The position numbers were made by a program, and so were the translations under genes. The notes under the pieces were generated by a model, which saw only the letters and a list, made by a program, of their open reading frames with translations, was not told where the DNA came from and ran no database searches. From Phoronis australis (Eukaryota; Animalia; Phoronida), in NCBI GenBank assembly GCA_002633005.1, contig NMRA01000411.1:345053-409052 (forward strand): 64,000 nucleotides of DNA. The letters run 5' to 3'. Below, piece by piece: positions 37,711 through 50,945 of the stretch (its first letter is position 1; every line of letters begins with the position of its first letter).

Positions 37711-39099
37711 CCACAAGATTATTTACTTGTGAAATTTGCACTATGTTGTTCCAGCACGGTCATTCGACCAGCAGGATGTAGTTGGGTCAAAAATCAAAAA
37801 CGTTAATCTATGGTTGTCGGTAGTTCCCGAATTTTTATCAAGTATTCAGGTTACAAAATTTGAACTGCACAGAAAAGGTGGGAGTTTGCATCCACTTAGA
37901 TTTATCAAACTTAGCGTTTTTACCACCACTTTGATGTCCTTCACGTGGCAGGTCTGTCCGAGAATTTTGAAGAGTATTTCTCAATAGTTCTTTTCTCATT
38001 TCCCAAATTGCATACTTAGCACCTCTACGTGATATTTCGACAGCACTGGCTCAACTTTCATGGTCACCTTGACCTTTGGATCAGAGGTGTTCACTTGAAA
38101 TTTACAATTTAAGCACCCACACAACAATTTGCAGGCTTGCCAATCTAAGCGACCATGGCGTTAACCTGAATGTTTACAGTATTCCATTTACTTACAAACT
38201 TAATTTTACAAGTGTACTATAGGCACATTAAATAAATTCACACTGGGAAACAATCCTAGTATAACTGAAATAATATTAAACAATGAAAAAATATCAGATG
38301 GTGAAATATACTCAATATGAAAATAGTTTCCAAAGAAAAGTTTAACATGCCGGCATGCAGCAGACAGAAAGTAATTATGACGCGCCTCGTTGGATGTACG
38401 TGCCCAACAATGAATATTTTTACACATCATCCTGAGGTCCGTAACGCAAGTTGTTTGCAAGTAATACATGTGACATCACATGCTTTGTTTGTAATGAACG
38501 TATGGCAATATCTTACAAAGAATTGCATCATCTCCCCAAACTTACGAAATGTAGGCCTGGCACCAATTATAGATATCCATGCATTAGAAAGTGAGCACCT
38601 AATCTTTTTTAACTTTTCCAAATTTAACAACAGACAACTAGTAGGTGTACACAAATAAAAGGGTCAGTCTGAGTATGTTTAGTTATGGAAGTTCAAACCT
38701 TTGCCTTAGACCTCTGTAGTGGTACAGTAAAAATTCCCTAATTTGAGGCGGCTTCTCGAATTTGGGACACAGATTCTCCCGCAAAACTGAATTTTCTTGA
38801 TTCTGGAATTTGGAACAAGGGCGATTTTGGTGTTCATACTTCTCAAATTTCAAACACACTATGTTTTCAATCGACAGCGTGGATAACTTTGCCGTCTATC
38901 CAGTGATTCTTGAATTTACAATTGTCTATTTCGAGGATTTGGGGCAAGCTCTGACCTTGAGCAAAATAACTAATTTTTCATAGTCCCAAATTAGATAAAG
39001 CCAAAATTACAATCTTCAAATTGGAATAAATCTTCCTGTTAAATAAATTAAATGTACTTCATTCGGATCATGGTTTTGTTATCAGGTACCCAGGTGAGA

Positions 39100-39770
39100 A
39101 TTTTCCTCGTTTGACATGCTCTGAAAACGTGGAGTATTGAAGCACCGTGTAAAGCGTGTCATACATGCAAAACATGACGTGTAAAACATGGAAAAAAGTG
39201 TAAAATGTGGCTTATGGCGAAAATGTTCCAATACTCCACGTTTGACATACTAAGCGTGTCAAACGTGGAGCTTTTGCCACGCTAACTTCATATATTACAT
39301 GGACACTCAACAATTTCTACACTAACGTTTTCTGTAACTATCCAACGTTACCTGTTTAAAAGAACCATTGCAAGAGAAGTTTATCAAGCCATTGTCAAGC
39401 AGAATATGTAAACAGCAAACTTCTGTGAGAGCTGTATCACACCAAAAAACCATGCTACATTAAAGTGCTTTCCTGACACAACTGCACTCTGACTCAGTAT
39501 TGGGACATTTGAAAACCGTCAAATCTTTTGTTGCAAATTCTTTGATGTTATTAATTGCACACACGAGTGTGGGAATTTTTACACGTTTGCCACGTTTGTG
39601 TACAAATGGATGCTACGCTTGACAAGTGAGCATGGGAACTTTTGCACGTGCCACATGAGCATGGTATTTTTTACACGTGTCATATTTTTACACGTTATAC
39701 ACGTTTGGGTATAATTGAATGCGACCCTTGATAAGTGATCGTTGCAAATTTTACGCGTTTGCCACCTCTT
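39100..39770. repeat. ACACGT/ACGTG-rich element with internal inverted repeats
   Basis: acgtggagtatt (about 39128) versus aatactccacgt (about 39230); repeated tttacacgt and tttgacatg motifs. May sit inside a TACAGTA..TATGGTA element at about 38722-39813. Confidence 0.5.
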
Positions 39771-42274
39771 AACCCCACCCCACCCAAGCTCTCTATAATG
39801 CGCCGCCTATGGTAATAGTTGTGCCATATATTAGTTTTGTAGATGTTTTACTAACATAAATCAAATATTGAAATTGCATAAACAGCATGTATTTGTCTCA
39901 GCAGGATTCAACCCAGTAGCTTCGGCATTTTCCACCTGACGTGGGCCACTCACATGCAATTGTCTAATGGGTTGCACATTGCGTATTTCACGGGATTTTA
40001 GTATTTTACCCTCTACGTTCATAATGAATGGTGTTATTTGAAGATCCAGAATTTAAAAGTATAGTTTAAAATAATGTGTTATTTTTTTGTCACTGATGGT
40101 GATGATTGCTTCCTGAACATCAGCTGACTTTCTACAGAGTTTGAAAGAAATAAATTCAATAGGTTCTGCATCCAAAACGGTCAAATATTCAATGAAATCT
40201 TTTAATAGCAAAGTAGTACATTCTTGCTTTTTATTTTTAAAAATGCACTTTTGTCTTTTATTCCATTTAATGGTTTTAACGGAAGATTTAAAAATATTTC
40301 ATATGACTGTGCTAAAACACTGCACCACGATAATTAGATCAAGACAAAATTTCTAACCTCAATCAAGTTTGCGAAGTCGAAACCAGCCGCACAATTATGC
40401 AAACAATGAACTCCTTTCAGATCACGCTGAAGTCTGTCAAACTAGACACTAAGCACTAAGTTACTCAACTAGAGCACCTCGAATTCCAAAAAAGAGATTT
40501 TAAAGCCGCACCCTAACATTGTTTATACATTACAACTATCATAAACAAAACAACAAATTTTAAGAATCTGCAAAACGTAGGCAAGGATAAGCAGTTAAAC
40601 GAAGAAAATCGGTGGTATTACCTCTGCCACCAAGAAATGGCTGAAACTTACAGCTTCGAATATTGCTGACAAGCAAAAAAAAAACAAATAACAACAACCA
40701 CTCTACAAAATCCCAAAGGCGCCAATGAATAAGAAAGTATATTTTCACACAAAAACTAAAAATAAAAGATAACTGACCGCGCAGAAGGGGCAATTTCACA
40801 AAAATTAGCTGAAAGTCTGACAGGATGAACGAAAGGCACAAGAAAGCACACATAGTGTTGAATGTCTGAGTCGTGCATGATGAACTGACACTCCAGCACA
40901 GAGAGATCTATAGTTGGATTCACATGAGCTTAAATTTGGAATGATTTAGTTGAAGCGTCTTCGATAAACTGTTTTAGTTAACAATAAGTTCTGTTTGTAT
41001 GACATGGACATTTCATATCACTAAACTTTTAGCGGACTAATGGCAGTTACTGACAAACAAACTGTTATAGGTGCATGTATTGGCCTGATATACAGCATAA
41101 TTCAGCACGTGTGTGTCAGTGCTATTTTCTCTTTAGAGGAAAAAAATAGTTATGCATGTGTGTGTTAAAATGTTTCAGCTAAAATGCTTTGTTTTCAGAC
41201 ATTGAATTTAAAACGTTTTAACTTAACATTCCATCTGAAACGCTTTGAAACACTCGTGTGAATCCAGTTTATGTGAAGACAGGGACAGAACATTCCGGAA
41301 GCACAGCATTGCTAAGACACAAAGAGAACAATATCTACATTGTTGTGTCGTATTAATATTCACCAAAAATTCACAATTAATAATTCTCACATACAATCCT
41401 CCCAGTCTGTAACCAACAAGGGCCCGGTCAGAAATAGAGTTTTGACAGCAATAAGGCATCAATACTTCTGGTTTTTGGCATTTCAACAGGCAGACATGAG
41501 TTAATTATTGTCAATGCCAGTTTGTTTTAGTGGGACAACTAATTTACCAAATCAACAACTTTGCTGCGCAGTTTGGTCAAGGATATGTAGGACATTATCA
41601 ACTTATCCGTGTATTTATCCGAATATCTGCAAAACTGTAGTTTTCAACNTCAGTAAGAGCATATATTTTTAGAAAGTAGAAAGAAAGCATGTAGAATTTG
41701 ATTTTTGACTTGATACCAATCTGCCATTAATTGGGTCGCGTGACCGTGCCTTTGTAATAAAATTAACCAAAAAGAAAGGTACATTCATAGCAAAACCATG
41801 GTATCAATAACATGACCAACTTTTGTTTGATATAAATGTTCCAAGATAAAATCTATAAAACGCTGCTTTCTAATTTATCATTTCATCTTTGTTTTATGCA
41901 ACTTTTGATTTTTTTTCGTAAAATGTACCGAGTCCCATTATTTGATCGCCCCTTTTGAGAACAATGTACAAAGGGTAACATCGTTTCATGTGAATCCGAT
42001 CGGCCATTTATGATGTTCCGAAGCTGGCCAAAATTGGAATTTTTCTTGGGGTCCTACTTAACCTGTAGCTAAGAAATGTAGCCATGTTGTGCCACATATT
42101 GATACTTGATACTGATATTACTTCATGAGGACACTTCCCAACTCCACCCATACACCCATAAGCAATTAATACGACACAGTAACTAAAATGAAATAATAAG
42201 ATCTGTTTGGCTGCAAGACCGAAGACGCTGCACAAGATGGAGTCAGCAACAGTCTAAGAACACCAGTTTCTCAC

Positions 42275-42397
42275 CCTTGCCACCATCATCACCACCACCA
42301 ACGGTTTTATCATCCACCGCCTCTGTCTCTAACTCATAGACCGAGGCGGTTTGGTCAACCCACGGATGTTCTGTCGTGGTAGCAAGGTCCAGCATGT
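42275..42397 (-). CDS. Gene C exon, acidic stalk
   Basis: ctgactattcag|AC acceptor, G|gtgaga donor, 123 nt, phase 1 to 1. DMLDLATTTEHPWVDQTASVYELETEAVDDKTVGGGDDGGK. Confidence 0.7.
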
Positions 42398-43589
42398 CTG
42401 AATAGTCAGGGCAAACACATTTACATATGCCAGTCAACAGCTGGTTTCAGTTCCACTTGTTTAGAGGCCCGCCTCAAAGGACGTAGGCATGTTACTGCGA
42501 AGGCGACATTGTAAAAGCAAAACAATTTGCTGCTGACGTAAATATGATAGTAGCTCCCATTCAAGTGTTAATGAATTGTTTGTCAGTAAAACTTTAAAGA
42601 ACATGTTAGCTCTGATCGCATTTACGACCATTGACAACATGGACCCCAGACATTTTGCGTCTTTCCACACAACACTCTTGATCAGAAGCAATCTGTGAAT
42701 TAGTGTTTCTCAGCTAAATGTTAATCGAAATACAACTAAATTCTAATATTCTAATGGTGAAGCAGAACCTAAAATGTTAAAGCAAGTTAAAAATACTGCA
42801 GCCACAATAAATGTTAAGCCAAAACGAAAATAAAGTCAATGAATGATTATTTTGAGTTGACAACCCGATCACATGGCCCAGTTTTAGCCCTTGGTAACAA
42901 ATAATTTATTCACAATTGAACAACCCAAGCTAAGAATGTTTCTTGAGAACACCCAGTCCTTTCAAGCATCACGTGGAGTTTACCTCAGTCTTCTATCAAG
43001 CCCAATCATAATTGACTTGAATTATAGCCTTAAGCTCCCAATTTGAACTAAATATTAAACAAAAATAACATAGCAGTTAATACGCTATTTGCAGAAAACT
43101 AGAGTGCACATCAGGAAGCAGCTGAACTGTGGCACGCTGGGATTGACCCGAGTAACCAGTAAAATGGCTGCAGTGTATTAACTGTATTAACAAAGATAAA
43201 CGGAGAAAATATGAAATGTGCACTTTTGCAAACCTCTAGAAATACAAACACGAATGGCGTCAAACACGAACCTGTTGCACGGTAAATACCGTATTGATTA
43301 TAATTGAGATATCAATTATCGAATCACAACACAGAACCACTTCGGTTCGACTACCAATACTATTTTTTACTCAAGATGCCGCCATTTCTTGTTGTTATTC
43401 GAGCATCCAGGAACAAAACAGGTAAATCCGTCGCCAAGTTCCATCACTACGTTTACCCACGCCACTTAACGTCTCGGACACTGCAAGGTGGTTACTACAG
43501 GCCTTTCCCGCGGCACGTCAGATCCGCTGCATATCACATATTCCTATCAAACTGAGTGAGATTATATGACGCAGTCAACAGTGTCTTAC

Positions 43590-43679
43590 CTTTACTTGTG
43601 CTTTTCATAGGTAGAGGTGTTGTTGTCGGCATGATAGTGGTGGTTTTCATAGTTGTACTAGGGGGAGCTGTTGCCCCGG
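43590..43679 (-). CDS. Gene C exon, Thr/Pro mucin-like stalk
   Basis: gtgttttttag|CC acceptor, AAG|gtaaga donor, 90 nt, phase 1 to 1. AGATAPPSTTMKTTTIMPTTTPLPMKSTSK. Confidence 0.85.
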
Positions 43680-44059
43680 CTAAAAAACACAGCAACCAAT
43701 GAAAGACCAGCGTATCACAAATGTGTCATCCGAGCACGTGTCGCAACGCAAAATATCGCTTGTGACGCACAATGCCAGTAACTTAAACAACTGGACAGTC
43801 TCAATCTGTCACCGTGGAAAATACCCTACAACTTAAAAAACATGAAAGATTAATTTGCTCTGTCATTTTTTGTTTTGTGAGTAATTCTGTTCATATGCAT
43901 CACAGGTCTGTTCCGTAGGCGCAAAAAAACTTGCGTGATCTTGCCTTTTCACGAGTGTCTTGCGTCAAGGGAATGCAGCCCTGACATCTATCTACCTACA
44001 CGTGAAAGTTCATTAGTCATCATGTACCAAAGGAGAAATGACCAAAATGGATTACGTAC

Positions 44060-44249
44060 CTTTATTTGTGGTAAACCAGAAAGGTTGGCTAAGAGAGCTA
44101 TTGCCGTACATGTTCCTGGCCCTCATGTACACTTTGTATGTACTCTCTGGCTGAAGGCCCTCGATGGTGTACTCCTGTTCATAGACTGGCCCCATCTGGT
44201 CAGCATCAGCGGCTATCATCACTTCATACTCGCGGTCAGTCACGTTTCG
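44060..44249 (-). CDS. Gene C exon, second half of the FN3 domain
   Basis: tattttccag|CGA acceptor, G|gtacgt donor, phase 0 to 1. YTIEGLQPESTYKVYMRARNMYGNSSLSQPFWFTT is the FN3 L.P...Y.V...A.N..G.S..S motif. Confidence 0.92.
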
Positions 44250-46566
44250 CTGGAAAATATGACCAGCATGAATTACTGTGGGAAGAAAGCATACAAGTCA
44301 TGCATTCGATAACCAGCCTCATGCAGCTCCTCAAGTCTCCTTTAGTGGATTCTGTATGGAACTGCCGATAAGCAAAGCCAATACACAAACTTGCTGAATG
44401 CTAATTATAACTCATTGATAATAAAATATATTTTGGAAACCTAGCATGTTGGCTCCAAGTCAGCACGATTCAAATCTGAATGTCACCGTTATTTGGCATT
44501 TTTCCAATTTACCAAAAATAGTGACCAATTGTCACGCGTCAAGTCATTATTTCATGACTGCACCCATGCCGAAAGTCCGATTTTGAGACTAGGTAATGTG
44601 TTTAACTGTGCAGCGTATAAATGGTCTAGTATGAGAGTACTTGACAACATGACAAATAGTTACAGCAGCCGAGATCTCATGTTCATAAATCCTGACAAAA
44701 AGCCATACACTCCCCCGGTCAAATTTCACTCTGGTAAGTGGTGATGTAGACCAGTCAAGCTGCCTATGCTTTAAGGCAATTACACAATAGAAGTTGGGAC
44801 ACATTAACAAAAGAAAAGCAGTTGCAATGCAGATTCATTTCTTCTGTTGTAATTAACCGACTTTTGCCACTCAAGCTAATAGTGTGAAAAAGTTCAATTT
44901 TGAATAACGAATGAAGTTTTTATAGTCCACCTCATCTAAAATGGCGGGACAGAATGTTGCCAGTCAGGTTATCGCCAAAACCCATCCTTGCTACCTAATC
45001 CGGAAACAAGAGAAGCCAGTCATTATAATGGGATGCAGCACCTAATGTATGACCGCACCTTGAGTGTGTCAACATCATGGTGGTGACTTGTTTTAAGGGC
45101 AGACGACATAAAAACTACGACGGTACGGGCTTTCGAGAGTAGCGAATTGGATTGCAGCAGAAACGGTAACGTTTCATTGAATAAGAATGTAATTAGGGGA
45201 ACTGTAAAATTTCGTTTTATCAAAAAATTCACCAAGAGTAAACCAGACAATTTTTCTTGATTATTTGAAAATTCTATATTGCACCATTGTCACCATTTAC
45301 ACATTAAAGATGAAATTTTTGAACATTTGTGGCAATACACTGAGCATGTGAAAAATCAAAAAATGGTGATTTTAGCCATTGTTTTTGTCAAAATTTTCAG
45401 ACACTGAAGTTGTCCCAACATGAATAATACAAACTGACTTACATTGATTATTAATAATTATGTCAATTTGTTGCAACATGACTGAAATTCATGTCTTCAA
45501 ACTACTTCCTACTAAATGTCATAAACACCAGTTCAATAATCACAGGATTTTCATAAATTTCACTTCATTAATCAGAGATATTTCATAAATATCAGTTCAT
45601 TAACTGCAGAGATATTACAAGTCAAGCAGACGTTTCCCAGGGACGTCTGGCATGACGACCAGACATGACAAAAAACCCTTGTCAACAACAGAGAAAAAAA
45701 TTGTTGAGCATTTTATCTGCAAGTCAGCAAAGCATACTCCTCCACTGTCCAATGTTTACAACAAGAGCAACAAGCCACAAGAGTAGACAGTGTTCACATG
45801 CAGACAGATCTGTCATTCTCCTCAAACAAGGCCCGGCAAGACTTGAAACAGCCAGACATGCTATCAAACTGGTCTTGACGTCAGGACTATGTCTGTCAAA
45901 GAGCACAGTGACAGGCTGGTGGGAGAGAATCATGGGCTTTGAAAAGACAGATTCTGATAAATTCAAAATAAGCAGTGTGGGACGGCCAGTCGTACTTACT
46001 AATTGAAACGGTGGATGACAAAAAAGGAAGGCCAAGTTTGCGGGAAAATTGCAGATTCTCTGAAATTATTGTAAGGTTAAGGCTGCAGGCTAACCACACT
46101 GCCACTTCATGGCTGCTTTTTATATGTTACATTTTCCTCATGAGGCGGCAACAGCAGATACAAGCGCAACAATAGCTTTATACAAACCGTCACAGCCTGT
46201 CACAAAGACAATACTTCAGCTGAGCTAGTGTGCAGAGTTAGGGCTATGAAGGGCAGAATTAGGACAATTATTCATAACGCAATCATTAAACGAGCATATG
46301 TTTAAAGTCCTTCTCTCACGCGTTGTTAACCCTTATTACATGGTTAGAAGATGTTATAAGGATCCAAGAAGTACCTACCCCATAACTAATACACAATCCG
46401 TACTCGAAAACAGTTTAAATGAACGCGCCACTCACGATTCGCACCCGAAGAAACACCGCCATTTTGAACTTGCCGCGAACCCGGAAGTACAATTCATTCA
46501 GGAACCCAGGCTGAGAAAACGCCGTCAGTGCGACTGGAGCAGTGCCTGTACTGTTACCAGCCAGCA

Positions 46567-47199
46567 NNNNNNNNNNNNNNNNNNNNNNNNNNNNNNNNNN
46601 NNNNNNNNNNNNNNNNNNNNNNNNNNNNNNNNNNNNNNNNNNNNNNNNNNNNNNNNNNNNNNNNNNNNNNNNNNNNNNNNNNNNNNNNNNNNNNNNNNNN
46701 NNNNNNNNNNNNNNNNNNNNNNNNNNNNNNNNNNNNNNNNNNNNNNNNNNNNNNNNNNNNNNNNNNNNNNNNNNNNNNNNNNNNNNNNNNNNNNNNNNNN
46801 NNNNNNNNNNNNNNNNNNNNNNNNNNNNNNNNNNNNNNNNNNNNNNNNNNNNNNNNNNNNNNNNNNNNNNNNNNNNNNNNNNNNNNNNNNNNNNNNNNNN
46901 NNNNNNNNNNNNNNNNNNNNNNNNNNNNNNNNNNNNNNNNNNNNNNNNNNNNNNNNNNNNNNNNNNNNNNNNNNNNNNNNNNNNNNNNNNNNNNNNNNNN
47001 NNNNNNNNNNNNNNNNNNNNNNNNNNNNNNNNNNNNNNNNNNNNNNNNNNNNNNNNNNNNNNNNNNNNNNNNNNNNNNNNNNNNNNNNNNNNNNNNNNNN
47101 NNNNNNNNNNNNNNNNNNNNNNNNNNNNNNNNNNNNNNNNNNNNNNNNNNNNNNNNNNNNNNNNNNNNNNNNNNNNNNNNNNNNNNNNNNNNNNNNNNN
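46567..47199. other. Assembly gap (633 N) in a gene C intron
   Basis: Run of N. The flanking FN3 exons join in phase, so no exon needs to be hidden in it. Confidence 0.99.
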
Positions 47200-48106
47200 T
47201 GGTTCGACCCATATTGGTTCCTAGGTTCGACCCGCCTACGTAAGGAACACCAATGCTATTTTAACATACTAAGTACGCGTAACATTCCAAAAAAATCAAC
47301 GACCACTAACTACAAACTATAAATACACTACATATGCAAACGAATCACGATTTATTACTAATAAAACAAAATAATGAAGACTTTTCGAGCAAGCCATAGC
47401 ACATTCAGTTACAAGGAAAAAAAGGCGGCGTTCAGGACAAGTTCCTGAACTGATGAGCCGGAAATGTGGGTACGGAAATAACCGATGACAACCGGTAATC
47501 ATACGCTCAGAGAGAAGGGTCAAATACTGTTAAAAAATCGCTTTTGGCAAGAAAGGCGAAAAGATTATAAAGAAAGGGTGTCGCGGAAAATAAGAATTTA
47601 TGTAGTAAGTATTTTCGGATACTGGAACCACATGGGCAGTTTGCAAGGACTTTAACACAAGGTTTATTTGCGCGTTCGGTTCCATGACAACAAACTCTCA
47701 TTTACTCTGTACTCCAGATGATACCAAGTTTTTAGAGGATTGATATCAATCCTTCTTCTGTTAATCGCCAGGCTCATTTTTTGTGTGATGTCACGACGCG
47801 AACACCAGTTACAATCTTCTAAGTTTTTGCCCTGTACAACACAATTGGAGCTTAGACCAACTTTTGAGATGTCAAGACGCGACGGCGACTCTGGTTTTCC
47901 CGGTTGATGTAGATAAGCATTGTCCAACTACAAGAACGGCCCGGTTTCCTAATGCACATGTATAGTTACTCAGCTCAAGTAGACCTGTGCAACACTGATA
48001 TGTCCTTCAAAATGTCCCATTTCGGTGACTTTGAGGTTGGAAATATTTACTTGCAATGCATGCCAAGTCCAACGCATTCTCATATCTCTTGTTTACTTGT
48101 ATAAAT

Positions 48107-48160
48107 ATGCGTGTGCGTGAGTGAGTGTGTGTGTGTGTGTGTGTGTGCGTGTGCGCGCGT
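48107..48160. repeat. (GT)n/(GC)n microsatellite
   Basis: gcgtgtgcgtgagtgagtgtgtgtgtgtgtgtgtgtgtgcgtgtgcgcgcgt. Confidence 0.9.
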
Positions 48161-48511
48161 GGCACGAGTGTGCAAATACCTATAAGCTATACTTTCACAG
48201 CACATCTGAAAATAGTGCAAATTAACTTTCAGAGATTTTTGAACTTGTGTATTGGTGTTCACATACTACAAAAATGCACCCCGGAAAGAAAATAGCACCA
48301 TGCAGTTCTTAATATACTTACCGGCAACGTGTTTATACAAATCAGCCTGCAGACAGCAGAATAGATTGCAGAACAATAAACAAGACTTTGAAGAACCAAT
48401 GGCAAAAATGGGGGGAAAACAAAACACCGACTTACGTTCACAGCAACGAAGAATATAAGCTAACCAGCAGTAATGCATCAAATCCAGTTCATCTCAACAT
48501 AGCATACGTAC

Positions 48512-48642
48512 CCCTTCCACCATTGTGAAGGTGAGCTGGAACTCGTACAGTGGAGAGTAAGAAGTTGCGTTAAATTGGATAGTGTATTTATTGCCAAACA
48601 CACCCAGTTTGGGACTGACGATCTGAACTACCATTGGAACAC
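48512..48642 (-). CDS. Gene C exon, first half of the FN3 domain
   Basis: cctatttttcag|GT acceptor, GGG|gtacgt donor, phase 1 to 0. GVPMVVQIVSPKLGVFGNKYTIQFNATSYSPLYEFQLTFTMVEG; SY.P..E..L is typical of Klingon/Wrapper-type FN3. Confidence 0.85.
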
Positions 48643-49284
48643 CTGAAAAATAGGAAGGATGCGTTGATGCAGGAAGATGGTGAAACAAACTTTAAAACTC
48701 GTACAAGATAGATCCAAACATACTGAGAGAATCTATCTGAGTAACGCAAAACCCGACTTACATAACTGACAGACTAAATCCACAAACTAGAACAACCGTG
48801 CAACAGTCTGAGCGAACTAAAAATCCAACTTGTGCATGTCTGGCGGCGCCTTTTACTGTACACGTGAGGAGAGAAGTAGCTGGAATGACGGAGTACAGCA
48901 AAAAATCTATTTACGACGAAAATTAAAGCTAAAACTTCCATTTTTTAATTTTCAATTGTTTCATTCTGTATTGCAACATATTCTCAAAAAATTAATCAGA
49001 TGTTGTCTACTGACAGCTGACAATAGAGCTCCACTAGACCACGGTTAAGTCCTCAACTGAACACTTAAGATCATAATCAAAGTTATTCTGAGTTAGCAAA
49101 AGTATTCAATATTTGAATGGCATGGCACTGTAACAACACACATTAATTTTCATCTGGTGATGACTATCAACATTGAGAGGTACTTTAAAAGAAGTTTTAC
49201 TGATCTCATTGGTACAAATGAATTTAATGATCTGAATCATTTTTACCCCAAACATCACCATACATTGTACAAATAAATGTTTGC

Positions 49285-50580
49285 TAGCACCAGACACCAT
49301 CCCTAGCACCAGGCACCATCGCTTGCCCCAGCACCATCGGTGACACCATGCAGGCAAAATCACAGGGAGCAGACACCATCGCTGGTACCAGGAATCAACG
49401 CTGGCATATCAGATGTCATCGTTGGCACCAATCATCATCGGTGGCACCAGACACCATCAGTAGCACTAGACACCATCAGTAGCACTAGACACCATCAGTG
49501 GCATCGTACACCATTGCTGGCATTAACTGACACACTCTCTTGCACCAGACACCATTGCTGGTGCTTGGGTTATCACCATGGGAACAACCACCATCGCTGG
49601 CACCAGACACTATCACTGGCACCAAACATCACCAATGGTACCAAACACCATCAGTAGCATCAGGCACCAAAAGTGGCAACAACCACCATTGCTGGCACCA
49701 GATGCCATCAGTGACACCAGGTAAAATCGCTGGCTCCAGACACCATCACTGGCACCAACAAACATCGGTGGCAACAACCACCATCGCAGGTGCAAAACAT
49801 CACCGTTGGCATGAAACACCATTGATTGTACCAATTAATATTTGCCAGCACCAGACATTATCGCTGGCACTAGGCTAATCATTGCTGACACCAGGCACCA
49901 CAACTGGCATCAGTCACCATCAGAGGCAACAAGCACCATCAGTGACACGGTACACCATTGCTGGCATTGACAAACTCCCTTGCACAAGACACCATTGCTG
50001 NCACCATCAGTAGCACTAGACACCATCAGTAGCACTAGACACCATCAGTGGCATCGTACACCATTGCTGGCATTAACTGACACACTCTCTTGCACCAGAC
50101 ACCATTGCCGGTGCTTGGGTTATCACCATGGGAACAACCACCATCGCTGGCACCAGACACTATCACTGGCACCAAACATCACCATTGGTACCAAACACCA
50201 TCAGTAGCATCAGGCACCAAAAGTGGCAACAACCACCATTGCTGGCACCAGATGCCATCAGTGACACCAGGTAAAATCGCTGGCTCCAGACACCATCACT
50301 GGCACCAACAAACATCGGTGGCAACAACCACCATCGCAGGTGCAAAACATCACCGTTGGCATGAAACACCATTGATTGTACCAATTAATATTTGCCAGCA
50401 CCAGACATTATCGCTGGCACTAGGCTAATCATTGCTGACACCAGGCACCACAACTGGCATCAGTCACCATCAGAGGCAACAAGCACCATCAGTGACACCG
50501 GTACACCATTGCTGGCATTGACACACTCCCTTGCACAAGACACCATTGCTGGTGCTTGGGTTATCACCGTTGGCATCAAA
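49285..50580. repeat. Degenerate minisatellite of about 21-bp units (CACCAGACACCATCGCTGGCA) containing a 550-bp duplication
   Basis: Dozens of ggcaccagacaccatc-like units; 49452-50000 is repeated at about 50002-50550 across a single N. Confidence 0.9.
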
Positions 50581-50598
50581 CATCATGCCTATACTAAC

Positions 50599-50741
50599 CC
50601 CTCAGAGTGATTGTCGCCGCAGCCTCTCCCATACTGCTCTTGCCAACACAAGTGTAGTTCTTCTCAAGGTCACCCTGCTGTACTAGTTCTATCACAAGGC
50701 TGAAGATTTCTTTTGTACTGAGTTTGTCACTGTCAACCTCG
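50599..50741 (-). CDS. Gene C exon, second half of Ig3
   Basis: tcttttgcag|C acceptor, G|gttagt donor, phase 2 to 1. SEVDSDKLSTKEIFSLVIELVQQGDLEKNYTCVGKSSMGEAAATITLRG. Confidence 0.88.
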
Positions 50742-50849
50742 CTGCAAAAGAGTCATACTCTGTCAGCAGTATTTATAGTAAATTAGGCAAGCACCCCCAT
50801 GTGGTGGCTTGAGATAGAGCTGGCCCTCCAACCATCGATGCCAGAATGG

Positions 50850-50945
50850 AGTTAATCAGTTGTGTAGGATGTTAGCCACTAGGGGTCATCTTTCCAACTT
50901 GCTGTTGGGCTATAGAATCGATCAACGGGAAAACACAGTAATCAT
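50850..50945 (+). repeat. Dispersed SINE-like repeat; second copy at about 58400-58505
   Basis: aatcag..tgtgta.gat.tt.gc.ac.aggggtcatc..ccaactt..tgttgggctatagaatcga occurs in both places. Confidence 0.6.

Noticed and set aside
46298-47322. Long ORFs of 233-308 aa
   Set aside because: They are read through the N gap.
47507-47927. Transposase remnant in short minus-strand ORFs (WYHLEY)
   Set aside because: The resemblance to hAT zinc-finger regions is too weak to call without a search.
49452-50550. 550-bp tandem duplication as a real recent event
   Set aside because: The junction is a single N (50001) and the copies differ by a few SNPs and indels, typical of overlapping allelic contig ends in a heterozygous draft assembly.
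49340-50610. His-rich ORFs (HHRWHQT repeats) as metal-binding proteins
   Set aside because: They are translations of an intronic 21-bp minisatellite, antisense to gene C, with frequent frame breaks.
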